Shown here one piece after another: positions 23,029 to 37,319 of a stretch of 64,000 bases of DNA. This DNA comes from Octopus vulgaris (lineage: Eukaryota). The stretch is from contig OX597818.1 of the NCBI GenBank assembly GCA_951406725.2, positions 85,312,001 to 85,376,000 on the forward strand, written 5' to 3'. Each line of letters opens with the position of its first letter. The stretch's first letter is position 1. Below the pieces are notes generated by a model, which worked only from the letters and a program-made list of their open reading frames with translations, had not been told where the DNA came from and did no database searches. Position numbers and translations under genes: made by a program.

Positions 23029-23819
23029 TATCATCATCATCATCATCGTTTAACGTCTGCTTTCCATGCTGGCATGGGTTGGACGATTTGATTGAGGACT
23101 GGTGAACCAGATGGTTGCACCAGGCTCCAATCTGATCTGGCAGAGTTTCTACAGCTGGATGCCCTTCCTAACGCCAACTACTCCGACCACTGTATTAAAC
23201 CATATATATATATGGTTTAATACAATCTTTGGAAGCATGGCTTTGTGGTTAAGAAGTTTACTTCCCAACCATGTGGTTTCAAGTTCAGTCCCATTGTGTG
23301 GCACTATGCAAACGTTTTATTCTATAGCTTTGGGTCAACTAAAGCCTCTTGTGTGAATTATTTGGTAGATGGAAATTGAAAGAAGTTTGTTGTTTGTGTT
23401 TTCTTTTGTATCTTCTTATTTTTTGACATCATGCCATAGTTATGTTACTGTCATACAAACATTTATGTTCTTCCATGGAAACATGTCCAGCCATAGAGAA
23501 ATATTACCCCACTTCAAAACAGCTGAGTCCTGTGCGACAGACAGGAAGGACATTCGGCTGTAGAAAATGTGCCTCAAGAAATCCCTTGTGATCCATGCCA
23601 GCATGGAAAAGTGGATGAGTTAAAACTATGATGATAACAGTCACACCACTCCCATCACTATTTCTGTAGTTATTTAACTAGACATTTTCTTTTCTCCCCA
23701 CCACTCTTCATCCTCTTACTCGACTCCCCAATTTTCCTCTTCCTCTTCTTCCTTACCACCCTGTACATTTTGCTGCCATTTTTTTATATATCCTGTATTG
23801 CATAGTTGCAAGGTCTTCT

Positions 23820-23879
<60 letters not shown>

Positions 23880-25986
23880 CACTCTATCTTTCTATCTTCT
23901 TTCTCCCTCCTCTCTCTCACTCTCTTTCTCCCCCCCTCCAATCCATCTATATTTGCTTCTCATCATCCATCAATGAAGGGATGGGAGAGATGCAGCTGTT
24001 AAAAGCTCCCAAAATAGATCTCTCCAGGATGCAAAAACATTCAGTTTAGCAGAGGGATGGAGGATTCGAATGGAGCAGAGTATGAGAAAAGGGGGTCGAT
24101 GAAAGAGAGGGAGAGATAGATGGATAAAGGAGAGTTAGAATTTTTTATTTCCAGTTTCTTTTCTTTTTTTCTTGATTTTTATTGTTCACCATTTTATTTA
24201 TCTGGGTTTTTTTTTTTCAAGCTAATTCTTGTTTTCACCTTGAATCTCCCCCTCCTTTACCATTTCCCTATTTGTTAACATAATAATTACAAGTGGACTT
24301 GGTCTAACCTGCTAAACCATCCAGGAAATAATCCCATCATTATCCATCATCCTTCACCCTCATCAAGCTTTCATTCTGTTGTACTAGCTGTAGTCATACT
24401 AGTTGTGGTGGTTGTGGTGGTGGTAGTAGTAGTTGTAATAGTACATGTTGTGGTGGTGGTGTTAGTTGTAATATTAAACTAATTGCTAACCTTAATTAAA
24501 CAAAACCATATGACCTCCACTCAGATACGCAAGCACCACTTCATAATTGTCACTATTCATCATTATCATTGCCACCATCACCACCACCACCACCACTTTC
24601 ATCATCATCATCACCACCTCCTGCATCTTTGTCACTGCTACCACACCTGCAACATCATCATCATCAGATATTGCTGTAGTATGGCTCTCAGTTGGAATTT
24701 ATTTAAGAGCAAATGTGTGTGTGTGTGTATAGGCATAACTATACCAGTAGAGACTGGTTCTATCCCCTCCCACCCACTTCTAACTTTGCATCCTCAAAGA
24801 AATATTCTCAAAATGAATAAAATTACTATTATATTAACCATACCAAAAAAAAACAAAAAAACAATAAAAGGGACTTTGGATAATTCTTCCTCCCAATCTA
24901 CTGACTTTGTTTCCTCATAACTCTCCTTAAAGTGCATATTTCTCAGTGACATTTTGCAGAAATAGGTTTTCAAGATTGCAATTAATCGTGAGGAGTTTCA
25001 GATTACTCCTCCCAGTCCTCTCTCTGGTTTTATTACCTCTAAATTCCTTAACTTAGCATTTTCCCCTTTTTGTTTCTCTGTGCAGATTTCTATGTTTGCA
25101 GCCTCAACATTATATAACCTAAACTCTTGAAAATGAAGGACTTAGTCGAATAAATTGCTTCTAGTACTTATTCTCTTTTGCCAAACTGCTAAGTTACAAG
25201 ACCATAAACAAACCAACACCAGTTGTCAGGTGGTGGTAACACATGCACATATATCATCATCATTATCATCATTTAATTTTCACCCTCCATGTTGGCATAG
25301 GTTGTATGGTTTGATAGGAGCTGGCTACCCAGAAGACTGTGTCAAGCTCCACTGCTTGCTTCAGCATGGTCTCTATGGCTGGATGATGCCCTTCCTTACA
25401 CTTTACAGAGTGTACTGGATACTTTTTATGTGGCACTAGTAAGGTACATATATATATTTTTTCTTTCTTTACATTTTTACTTGTTACAGTTATTGAACTG
25501 CAGCCATGCTGTTGTACCACCTTTACCAAGGTGCCATGCAGTAGGAGTAAACTTGAAACCATGTGGTTAGGAAGCAAACTTCTTACCACACAGCTAAACA
25601 CAGACATGAGAAGGTAATCTTTATCTCTGGCGATAAAAATTACCTTCAGGTATTCCTACTGCTTCTATCGGACTCTCCTGTTGTCAGATGACGTATGAGG
25701 GTTCGATCATTTCTAACCCAAACAACCACACAGATGATTTCTTTTATCATGATCAAATGTTTGTGTAGACATAAGCTCATTCTCTCCATCAAATCAACAT
25801 TACCTGTACAGGTGCAACTGGGTGCCACATGTCAGATGTCGAAATGATCGCAAAGCAATGTGAAATGAAGTGCTTTGCTGTAGAACACAACGCAATGCCC
25901 GATCTAGAAAGTGAACCTATGATCTTGCAATCATGGGTGCAACACTCTAACCACTAAGCCATGCACCTACCACACACACACACACC

Positions 25987-26023
<37 letters not shown>

Positions 26024-29011
26024 GTATGTATGACAGGCTTCCTCACATTTTCCATTTTGCTAAATTCACTCATAAGGAATTAGTGAGCACTGTATTATGA
26101 TACAAGACACTTGCTGAAGGTGCTGCACAGTAGGACTGTACTCAAGACCACATGGTTACAAACAAAGTGAATGTGTAAAATACTAGTCTTTATGCTGGTG
26201 GGTTAAGTTTCTGGTGCTTTCTGGATGGATTCCTCTGAAGAATGCAGAAGTTTGTTCTTCATCTATATGACTAAGGACCAAGCAAACTTAATTCCTCAAA
26301 GAGGAACCTTTCCCAAAATTATCTGAAGTCCTTCCCAATGACATATAATCTTAAGCAGCTTACATTTATCTATGAATACATAAGGACAGTTAAGGTGGTG
26401 AGTTGGAAGAATTGTAAACATGTCAGATAAAATGCTTGGTGGCATTTCTTCTTGTTCTTTACATTCTGAGTTCAAATCCCAATTAGGTATACTTTTCCTT
26501 TTGTTGCCACAGGGCTGACAAAATGAAATACCAGTGAAGTACTAGAATAGACGTAATTGACTTGCCCTTCCTATTCTCAAAAATTGATGGTCTTGAAACC
26601 TGCAATGGGCTGGCTTCTTGTTCAGGAGGAATGGCATGGGCTTGGTCACTCATGTGTCATGGAAACTAGGTAATTGAACTTGAGAGTCCTACGACTCCAG
26701 AAAAATAAATTAAAAAGAAAAGAAGGCAAATAGCAGTCTCTTACTTTTGGCATTCCGGTTCTCTTGATAGTTAGTTAATATTTTGCAAAAAGAGAATTAT
26801 ATTCGTTAGTTTAAGCTCATTTAAAGGATAAAATTTTTTTAAATTAAAAAAGCATTACAAAATTCTTCTTGGTTAAAAATTTAATGCAGGAATTATGTTC
26901 ATGGAAAAACATAACAACCTTTGTCTTTCATGTGTGGTGTGGCAACAATATTTATTGTACTATCCCATGCTAAGCACTTATTATACTGGCAGTATTGTGT
27001 AATATTTCAGTAGGTTTTTACAGTAGCATATTATGTAATGATATAACAATGGTATTGTGTGTTATATTTGATGGTGAGAACACGTTATACTAAACTACTA
27101 TGTACTATACTGAACTACTATGTATTGTCTGTTGTTCGTTGTGATAAATTTGGGGGATAGTAGCATATTTTATAATGCTGTGTCTGAATAATTACCCAAC
27201 AAAGAAGACAATTGTTTAAGCTTCTTTAACCATTGTTAAAAATATAAGCCAGACTGACACATCTTCTAGTGTTGGGTGGATCTTGGAAATATCTTTATTA
27301 AAAAATAAAAAAGTGGATGGTAAAGGGGTGGGGGTAAGAACTGGAAAAAAAAACACAAAAAACATGCAAGAATACTAATTGGGTATGTTATAATGCATCA
27401 CTACCCTACCCTATTCAATCCAACCAGGACCTTCACTCTCATCAACTACTACAACCACTTCTGTTTGTGTTGTAATACTAGATTTCTCTCTTTCTTTTTT
27501 TTTTGTTTCATTCAGCTACATTTTCTTTGTTGAAGTAGCTGTGGAGAAAGAGGCAGGGAGGAGAGGCAGGCTGTATTAATTTCATAAAGCTCCCCACCCC
27601 CATACACTCATACAACCACTGCCTTCCCTTCTGATTTGTGTTTTCCCCTTCCTGTTCCTCTACCCCACCACCACAATTTTAATTTCCTTCAACAAATATT
27701 CCCCTCATCTACCCCCATAAACATGTAATCTTCCTATCTACTCTGTAGTGTTGTCATTGTGTGTACATGTATACAAACACAAATAACACATGTGTATGCA
27801 TGTACACACACACACACACACACACATACACAAGCATTATGTGCCTGTGTATGCACCACCATGTGTACATATACACACACACTTGCATGTATATATATGT
27901 ATGTGCATACACCAACGTTTATGCAGGTATACACACAAATACGTATACATACACAAATATCACTTGTAAATGCATACACCAGTGTGTGTGTATGTGTGCA
28001 AAAAGGCACATGCTATATGCATATGCACATAACATGTTATATGCACGTGTGTGCACACACACACACACACACTTAGCAGTACACCCAAGCATATTATCAG
28101 GTTATCCCTATTTCTACCCTATTTACCTGTCATTTCCTCAGTTATCATATCATGCTAAAATCCCTATACTCCTGGTCTTTTCACATCATCCTTTGTAACT
28201 CACCCCCACCAACTCATGCTGCTACACCTTATCTCTTACCTCCCTTGTCTTTCATATTACCTTTAACTAGCAATCATACTGCTCTCAGATCTCTTTCTCT
28301 TGCACTCTTTTCTTTTTCTAACTCTTCCTTCCTCTCCTTTCTTTTCTCTCTTTGAGTCAGAATCATGGAGTCAGACTCTGAACCAATTATTATTGAGTTA
28401 CTATAGGGGTTACTTTAGGGGTTAAGATGTTGAGTTCATGATCATATAATTGTGGTTTTGATTCCTGGATCAGGTTGTGTGCTGTGTTCTTGAGCAAAAC
28501 ACTTCATTTTAAATTATTCCAGTCCACCCAGCTGTTAATGAGTATCCTAGTGACAGACAAATTCGAGATCCCTGCAGCAAGTTCTGTGTTTTGTTAAGTA
28601 AAACACTTCATTTCACATTTCTCTGTTCCACTCAACTGGCAAAGGTGAGTAAACCTGCAACGGACAATCACAAAATCATGGTTTCCATTGCCAGACAGGT
28701 GAGGCATTTTGTTCTTGGACAAAACACTTCATTTTCACATTATTCCAGTTCACTCAGTTGTAAATGGGTAACTCTGCAATGGACTGACATTCCATTCAGG
28801 GGTAATGTAATTTTGGTCACTTATATGCCGTGGAGACTGAGCAACCAGCCCTATGAACCCTAAGACTCAAAATACAGTACTTACTTAAAAGAGTTACAGT
28901 CAGTAAAGTTGTTCCAATTCTGGCTTTGACAAAATGTGAAATTAATTATGAAACATTAAAATTTCCAATTCCACAGATTGTTTTTGGCACTAAAAATTAT
29001 TCAGTCAGATT

Positions 29012-29237
29012 TATCCCTTTTGACACCACCCCACTCAAGTTTCTTACTGGGTCTCTGACATAAAATATTTGACTTAAAGTGATCTGAATTAAAACCTGCC
29101 ATCTAAATTTCACGTTAATTTATATTCCAAACACCAACTTAATGACAAAGTTATTTTACTAAATTCTCCATTATTTTCAAAATTAATTGAATTGAAATCA
29201 GTGTATCTTGACAGCAATATGGTAACAAAAGGATTAA
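29012..29237. mobile_element. Decayed piggyBac-type MITE
   Basis: ttatcccttttgacacca ... ggtaacaaaaggattaa. Homologous in reverse to 14390-14767. Confidence 0.5.
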
Positions 29238-29628
29238 GGGCTTCTATAATGAAGAATTTTGTTGAAGTATTTCTGTTTCTAAGTAAGAGACGTTAATGAA
29301 TTTTTGGTTTTGAGAGGTTTTTTACTGGAAACCCCTCTGCCACTATTCAGTAGGTACAGTATTTTTTTAATAATGAGAACACAGTTTAATTTGTGAGAGA
29401 TTTTACTATTATTTCTAGCAGTTGAAGGGATTTTGTAGCCACTATCTTGCTTTTGACCAGCTTCAAATTGGTTCTGATCTTATAAACTTACAATCTTTGG
29501 TGGTTATTTTTAGCAGATAAAAATGATCTTGTGGAGGCTGCCTTGTTTTCAATTAACTTTGGGTTGATTCTGGTCTTGCAATTCTAAGATCTTGAACTTT
29601 TGTTAGCAAATCAAGTGATCTTCTAGAG

Positions 29629-29794
29629 CAGGCATGGGCAACCTTTATCAAGAAGGTGGTTACATGAGGCATGGCTTGTCATCAGGTAGGCCACACTACT
29701 GAAAAATACCTGAAAGTAATTCTTCGTAAGGCATACCATTTAAAAAGTCCCTTGGGTTGCATGAGGTCTATGGGCTGCAGAATGTTTCTGGCTG
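29629..29794. mobile_element. hAT (Charlie-like) MITE
   Basis: Starts CAGGCATGGGCAACC and ends ...ggCTG. The 8-bp flanks ttctagag / ttattgag match at 6 of 8 positions and resemble the NTCTAGAN Charlie target. Confidence 0.55.
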
Positions 29795-32700
29795 TTATTG
29801 AGACTGACTAATTATAAACCTCTATCTAATTGGTTCTGATCCAACAAATCTATAATGAAAGCTATTCATGGTACTAACTATGCTATAGTTTATTCAGACT
29901 TAGTGTGCTTAGGACTACATTATTCAAAGTCTTCTTCCAATTTTAAGACATTATCATGTGCTATGTAGATTTAGCTGCTATATTTGGCAAATTAAGTAAC
30001 CACACAGAAACTCCATTGTTATTGTTTCTGCTACTGCTGCTGCTGCAATTGGTGAAGGAGGTAGAACCAACCTAATGCCATATCCAGTAATGTCATCATC
30101 ATCATCATCATTTAACATTCACTTTGCCATTCTTGCATGGGTTAGATGGAATTTGTTGAGGTAGATTTTCTGTGGCTTGATGCCTTTCCTGTCACCAACT
30201 CTCACCTGTTTCCTAGCAAAGTAATATTTCTCCATAGCCAGACACTTTTTGCACAGAAGACTAAAAACAAACAACCTCACTTGTATGATGATGATGATGC
30301 TCATTTACAACCATCATATATCTAGACAAAGGTACACACAAAGGGCTTCTTTCAGTTTCCATCAACCAAATCCATTCACAAGGCTTTGTTTGGCCTGAAG
30401 CTACAATAGAAAACACTTGCCCAAGATACCATGCAGTGGAACTGAACCCAATACCACATTACTGGGAAGCAAGCTTCCTCATCACATAGCCTGCTAGCCA
30501 ATTAATTCCATATTGACATCATATTCATAATTTAATTAAATAAAAAAAAATAAGAAGAAACAAACAAACAAAATAATTTACAAAAAGGAAAAATTTAAAT
30601 CAAATACAAAAGACATTTATCTTCAAAACACACCATTAGCACTTTGGTTATACTGGATCTTTGGATAGGCCTGTGCTTTGTTCCTCAAAGAAAGTCTGTT
30701 ACAATCCTTCATTCATTTAGGCCTAATAGATTCTTTAAAATGTTTTGGGTTTTCTTAATGTCAGGATATAAAGACATTGCAAGCAAAAGGCAGCAACTGA
30801 TTCAAAGCATATAGAAAAATTAAAAGAAAAATAAATAATTAAATAGTAAATTTCTTAACGTATTGTTCGTTTGAGGGAGGAAATTAAAGAAATATTTATT
30901 TATTTATTTTTGCTTTTGTTTTTTATTAACCATAATTTATCCAGTTAAAGTATGATCTAGCTAATTTACTAAACAGAGAGAAACAGTTTTTTCACTGGGG
31001 TCTGTCCTCAAGAAGAAAAGCAGTCTGTGTTTTAATAATAGTGATTTTAATGGCAACAACAGCAGTAGAAGTAATAACAACAACAATAATAATAATACCT
31101 TCAATAACCACAGCAGTAATAACACCAGTGGTAGTAGTAATAACAACAGTAAATAACAATACCACCACCAACAGTAGCAATAGTAACACCAACTAATGCA
31201 GCAATAACCATAACTATAATAATCACCACCACCACCACCACCAACAGCAGTAATAACCAGTACTATCACCAACCACAGTAATAAAACCACCACCAACAAC
31301 CACAATGATGGTAATAACATCAATAATAGTAACAACAACTCTTAACAGCTGCAATTACAGCAACTATTTCGGTATCTTCAAAGAATGATGATCTAAAAAT
31401 AAATAAAGTAAATGGATAAAAACACAACTAAAAGTCATGATTGAAATGAAATTTTTTTTTCCTTTGTAATGATTAAATAAAAAAAGAAATGATGAGAATG
31501 AAGAAATTATGTAATAACGAGAGCATTTGTAATTTTAGTTTGCCTGCATCGTGATGTCTGTTGGCTTTTTTTAGGAAATTATTTTATTTGGTTTTGCTTT
31601 GGTGCTGGTGGTTCTGGTGGTGGCAATGGTATAGTGATGGTAAAGGTGAAGGCTCATAATATCTGCAGACTTTTGCAGTATGATGACATTCCACCGTTTC
31701 CTTAATAATAACGATAATAGTAATAAACTAAAACAATATAATATTAAATTTACTAGTAATATTAGTAATAGTAATAATAGGAAACTTGAATTCTTTTTCT
31801 TTCCTTGCTAGCAATAGCTTGGATATAAAGAATAGCAGACAAAATTAATTTTAAAATGTGATCAGGGATTTGAAGATTACCTAATTTGTAATTTGTTCCC
31901 AAAGGCACCAATGTCTCGTCTTGTCTTGTCTTGTCTCGTCTTCCAACATGAAAAAACAACAACAACTTAAGCAACTGAAATAATAATAATAATAATAATG
32001 ATAATGACATTGACAATAATGGTGGTGATGATGATGATGATGTATAAAAGGAAAAAAAAGGAGAAGGGAGAATAAATTGTCTTTTAACTTTCGGGAAATT
32101 TTTCATGCATGAATTTTTAGAACAAACTCTGGATGAAAAATAAAAATTCAGAGCTTTGATTTTCCTTGTTTCACTTTTGGTGATTTCTTTGTTGTTGTGT
32201 GTATTTTATTTTATTTCATTTTTTTATTCATTTATTTATTTTGTTGCAGTAGAGGTCTCTTGTGATTGCTAGTCTTGTTAGGGCTGCTTTCATTTATGGC
32301 GGTAGTAATGATAGGATCTTTGATGTGATTTTGAAATTACTTTTTGCATTTGTTCCTAGAATATTATCATTATGTTCTGGGCTCACCATCATCATCATCA
32401 TTGTTAGAAGACAATGATGATGAGCTAGCCTAAAAAAAAAAAAATTGGGCATTTAAAATATTCAATCATAAATTTTGTTCCTCAAAGTAACTTTTTTGAC
32501 TTAAGAAATTTAAATCTAATTGAAAATTTAATGATTATAGATTGTATTTATTTATTTATATATAAGTTATTTTCTAAACCCAAGCAAATTAATTCAATAC
32601 TGTCAGAATAAAAACAAATGGTTCGTTCACACTAGACAAAATGATCAGTTTATAAAATGAATAGAATGGCTTGTACAAATTTACTTGTCTTTCAAAAATA

Positions 32701-34669
32701 ATTTATCATCAATGTTTTCAACTTTCAACTAATGTCTACTTTTCTATACTTGTGCGATTCTCACAGAATTCACTGATACAGATTTTCTATGATCAGATAC
32801 TTTTCATGTTGTGATGGATGCACCTCAAGGTGCATCCATCCTAACATTTCTATTTCCACTATTTTCATCCCTTTCCATCTGTACTTCAATCTCTCCAACT
32901 TGCTCTTCTATATTACAAGTAGGTATGTAGTTCCTCTACAGCTAGAAATCTGGTTTGCTCTGGCGCCTTCTCTCAGATATTAATCTTCTCCCAGCATTAA
33001 GCATGTAGCATTCAAATTACTTTTTCAAATAGTAAAACTTATTTATTCACATCATTTTGAATTAATCACGCATTGTCTCATAACTTTGAGATTGTAGTTA
33101 TATACTTTTAGAAGGATATTGTAGGGTAGATGTGACAGGCTGGATCTAGCCAGTTCAAACATAAAACAAGGTAGAGTATTTGGACCAAATATGGCTGGTT
33201 TAAATGCTAAAGAGTTAAACCACCTCTTGCTTTACTATATAGCCCCACATCTTTTTAACAGGCAGTCTCACTAGTGCTGGTACCTCAGAAAAAAATCACC
33301 AGTACATGCTGTGAAGTGGTTGGCATTAGGGAAGGGCATCCATCTGCAGAAACCATGCCAAAGCATGTATGGAGGCATGATACAGTCCTTGATCCTGTCA
33401 GATCCTGTCAAACCATGTAAGTGATCTCAGATTCAGTTCTGCTGCTCGGCCCCTTAGGCAAGTATTTCCTACTAATATTGCCTCGAGTCAACCAAAATTT
33501 TCTGAATGGATTTTGTAACCAGAAACTGAACAGAAGCCTGTTGTGATGTATGTGTGTTTATGCATGTACCATTGCTTTGACATCATATATGATAGCTGAA
33601 AACGACAATCGCTGTCATACATGTAATGTCATTTGTTTCCAGTCTTCTGTGAAAAACATGTCTGGCTATGGGGAAATATTACCTTGTTTGGAAACAGGTG
33701 AAGGTTGGTGACAGGAAAGGCATCCAGTGGTAGAAAATCTGTCTCAGCAAATTCCATCTGACCCATACAAGTATGGAAAAGTGAATATTTAAATGATGAT
33801 GATTGTGTGTGTGAGTGTGCGTGTGTGTGAGAGAGAGAGATTTAAAGCAAAACTGGGGAAAGAAAGGAATAGGACAAGGGGAAGTACAGTGTATGTAAAG
33901 CTAGAACTAAAGAGTACCATTCAGTCATGCACATGCATTTGTGTGTGTAACCCAATATGGAAGGGGTTTATTTTGAAATTTTAGCATAAATTAATGCAGT
34001 GAACAAGACCAGAAAGTGAACTGGAACTGTAAATTCTCTCTTAGACTTATAAACTGCAGTAAAGCAGGCATAAAGTATTATTAACAAATACACTTTAGAC
34101 ATAATTATTCTCAAAATTAAGGAAGTATTACTTGTTAAGTTTTATAGAATAATACCCAAGTAGTAGTTAATTTGTTCAAGTCTTCCTCTAAATAATCTAG
34201 TTCTAAATTTATACATTTTCCTGCTACTTAACACTATAGATATTGCTAAACTAGTTACCAACATTTGTGATTCAGAAATAAACATGTTACTACAAGTATA
34301 TAAAGCTATAGGAAATTGCAACAATTCTTTATGGATTAAAAAAGCATTTAGGCACACTCTATGATCTAAGCATGGGAGCTTACAGTTCAGTCAAAATTAG
34401 TGAACTTCTTAGGTTATTGCTACTATCTAAAGAAACAAAAAAAATTACTTTGGGGATGGCTTTCATTAATATGAAGGTCATTTGTGCCTTATAGTAACCT
34501 CTCACTCATCTTATCTTACTGATAAACTTTAGGAAAAAATTTACGTCTCCTTCCAAAAGGTTTGATTAAAATAGAGAATATTGACTAACACTCTCCCCTC
34601 AAAATTGTTCACCATGAGCCTAAATCAGAAACAATAATAATGATAATAGTAATAATAATAATAATATAA

Positions 34670-34987
34670 TTGAAGTATGAAATATGCAGGTTGTGGGAAA
34701 TTAAGAGAGTGGATGTGATATAAGTAATGACTGGCACACTTGGAAGTATCAACACTGAACTACCAATGTGGCTCAACACTGAACTACCAATGTGGATTGG
34801 AACAAATGTAAAAGATAGAAGACCTACAAAAATCAGCATTGCTTGGAACTACAAGAGTTCTCTGCAGGGTTCTTGAAGCATGATCAGTAAACAAGTATCA
34901 TCTTAGTCAGCTTGCTGTGGGCAGTTGACAATTTCCATCATTCACAGCAAAATAAGCTGAGAGTTTCCATCAAATGATAATAATAAT
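34670..34987 (+). mobile_element. 3' fragment of an R4/Dong-type (RLE) non-LTR retrotransposon in (TAA)n
   Basis: Translates LKYEICRLWEIKRVDVI*VMTGTLGSI... and, after a frameshift, DLQKSALLGTTRVLCRVLEA* (stop 34881-83), the C-terminal RLE motif of the R4/Dong clade. (TAA)n on both sides, an internal 24-bp tandem duplication, and a 3' UTR hairpin GTCAGCT/AGTTGAC. Confidence 0.75.
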
Positions 34988-35400
34988 CCTTTCTGCTATA
35001 GGCTCAAGGCCTGGAATTTAGCGGGAGGGGTTTAGTTGATTACGTCAACCCCAGTGCTCAACTGGTGCTTATTTCATCTCCCTGAAAGGTTGAAAGGCAA
35101 AGTTGACCTTGGCAGAATTTGAACTCAGAATGTGAGGATGGATGAAATACTGCTAACCATTTGCCCAGCATGCTAACAATTCTACTAGCCTGGACAAAAT
35201 CGTTAGTATGCTTGACAAAATGCAGCATTTCATCTGTCTTTACATTTGCAGTTCAAATTCTGCTGTGGTTGACTTTGCCTTTCATCCTTTCGGGGTTGTT
35301 GAAAAAAAGATACCAGTTGAATACTATAATCACTGTAATTGACTAGCCTCCTTCTCCCAAAATTTCAAGCCTTGTGCCTATAGTATAAATAATTATTATT
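34985..35400. mobile_element. Head-to-head inverted pair of SINE family 3 copies
   Basis: A minus copy at 34985-35188 directly abuts a plus copy at 35190-35400. Confidence 0.75.
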
Positions 35401-36511
35401 AATAGTTGACTAGTTAACTAATTAACCAATTAGATTCCTTTCATTGCCATTTTGACCTCGTCAATAATATGCCCTCAAGCAGTCATGAATGCCAATAAAA
35501 GGATTCTGACAAACGAGCCAATTGATTGATTAACCACTACTATCACCACTGTCAATGCTGCTCCCACCTACTACAACAACTACTACTATTATAGGGAGGT
35601 CAAAAGTACCGGAACAGTCCTGCAGATTTTAAACTGTAAATATATAAATAAATAAACATGAGTTTATTTTTACCTTTGTGTGTATCTCATTTCTCTTTCT
35701 GGGCCAACCATATCTAAACACACATACACACACACACACAGAATTGTGTTGAAACTGATCACTGCCCTCCACCCCCACTCTTGCACCTATTTCCCTCATA
35801 TTCCCACATTAATTATTAAACTCAATGTTTGTTGCTTTGTTGGTTATTGTAGGTTGTTGTTTTTCTGCCACTGACACCATCACCACCACCACCACCACCA
35901 TCACAACCACAACTGTTACCACTACTGTGACTACTACTATCTCCACCACCACACCTACCACTTCCACCACTATCACTACCACCTTCACCATCACAGCTAC
36001 CATTGTCATCTTTCTCCACCACATTCTACCATCTCTACCACTTCCACATCCACCACCATCCCCACCACCATTATCATTACATATTCATTACTTAAGTACA
36101 CATTTATGTTGTTTCTGGTGGTGGGGACGATGTGTTTCTACTTTCAGTCAGTGACTTTCTTCAACAACAATTACCCACCAGTCAGTTTACCCCTAAATAT
36201 TTATCTATGCCCTTGCTTGAAAGGTCTTCTAACCACACCTATCTACTTACCTACCCATATTCTACCCCTATTTATATCTCCAGTATTTTCTGCCCTTACA
36301 AATGCTACCCTTGCTCTTTTAATTCTTCTCCATCTTGTCTCCTACTATTTCCTTCCTTTCTTTCTTTTGTTATTCTTGTTTTTATGCCCCCCCCCCCCAT
36401 ATTTTGTGTTTGGGGGTTGCGGGGGGGGTTGCTTTCTTTGTTAGTTTTCCTCTACCTCCCAGCATCACCTCCCTAACTATTCTTGCCCTTTAATAGTCTT
36501 CCTTTCTCTTC

Positions 36512-36550
<39 letters not shown>

Positions 36551-37285
36551 ATATGTATATATTTGTGTGTGGGGGGTGTATGGGCATATGTGTATATATA
36601 TATGTATTGCATTCCTCTTTATTTATCTATCTTCCTACCTCCCTCCAATACTTTTATATTTGTGTTTACGTGTGTACATATCTACGCCCTTGTTGCCTAC
36701 AATAAGAAAACAAACTGCAAAATACCAACAACAGACCTGCAACAAAAAAAGAAGAAAAGAAAAAAAATGACTAAAAATAAAAACTCCAGTCTTACCCACT
36801 AATCCCCATTCTACCCCACCTCCTTTCCTAAACTTTTCATTCCTAATTGTGTCTCTGAAAGAAGAAAAAGAAAACCAAGCAACAAGAGCAAGTGGCTCGT
36901 TCACCACCATACTCACCCTTGCCATTTACTTACTTTCTCTCTCCCCCCTCTCTCTCTCTCTCCACCTCTCTCTCTCCCTCTCTATCTCTCACTCAATCTC
37001 TCTTTCATTCTCAAGAGTAAAGTTTTTTGACATTTCTACATAAAACCTGGGGCAGGGATGGAGAGCAGGGACTTAATTCTAACCTCTTCAGTACTTACCA
37101 TTCAATTTCCTCTCTCAGATAATCTTGATTATTTTCTCCTATGTTCTAAGATTCTTTCATTTCGTTCTCTTCCTTCTTTTGTTCATTTTTTTCTACTTAT
37201 TCTTTAGTTTGGCTGTACTTTTTTATATTTGCTTTGAACTTTATATCATTTTTTTTTTATTAAATTTTTTACTTTCCATGTCTTG

Positions 37286-37319
<34 letters not shown>

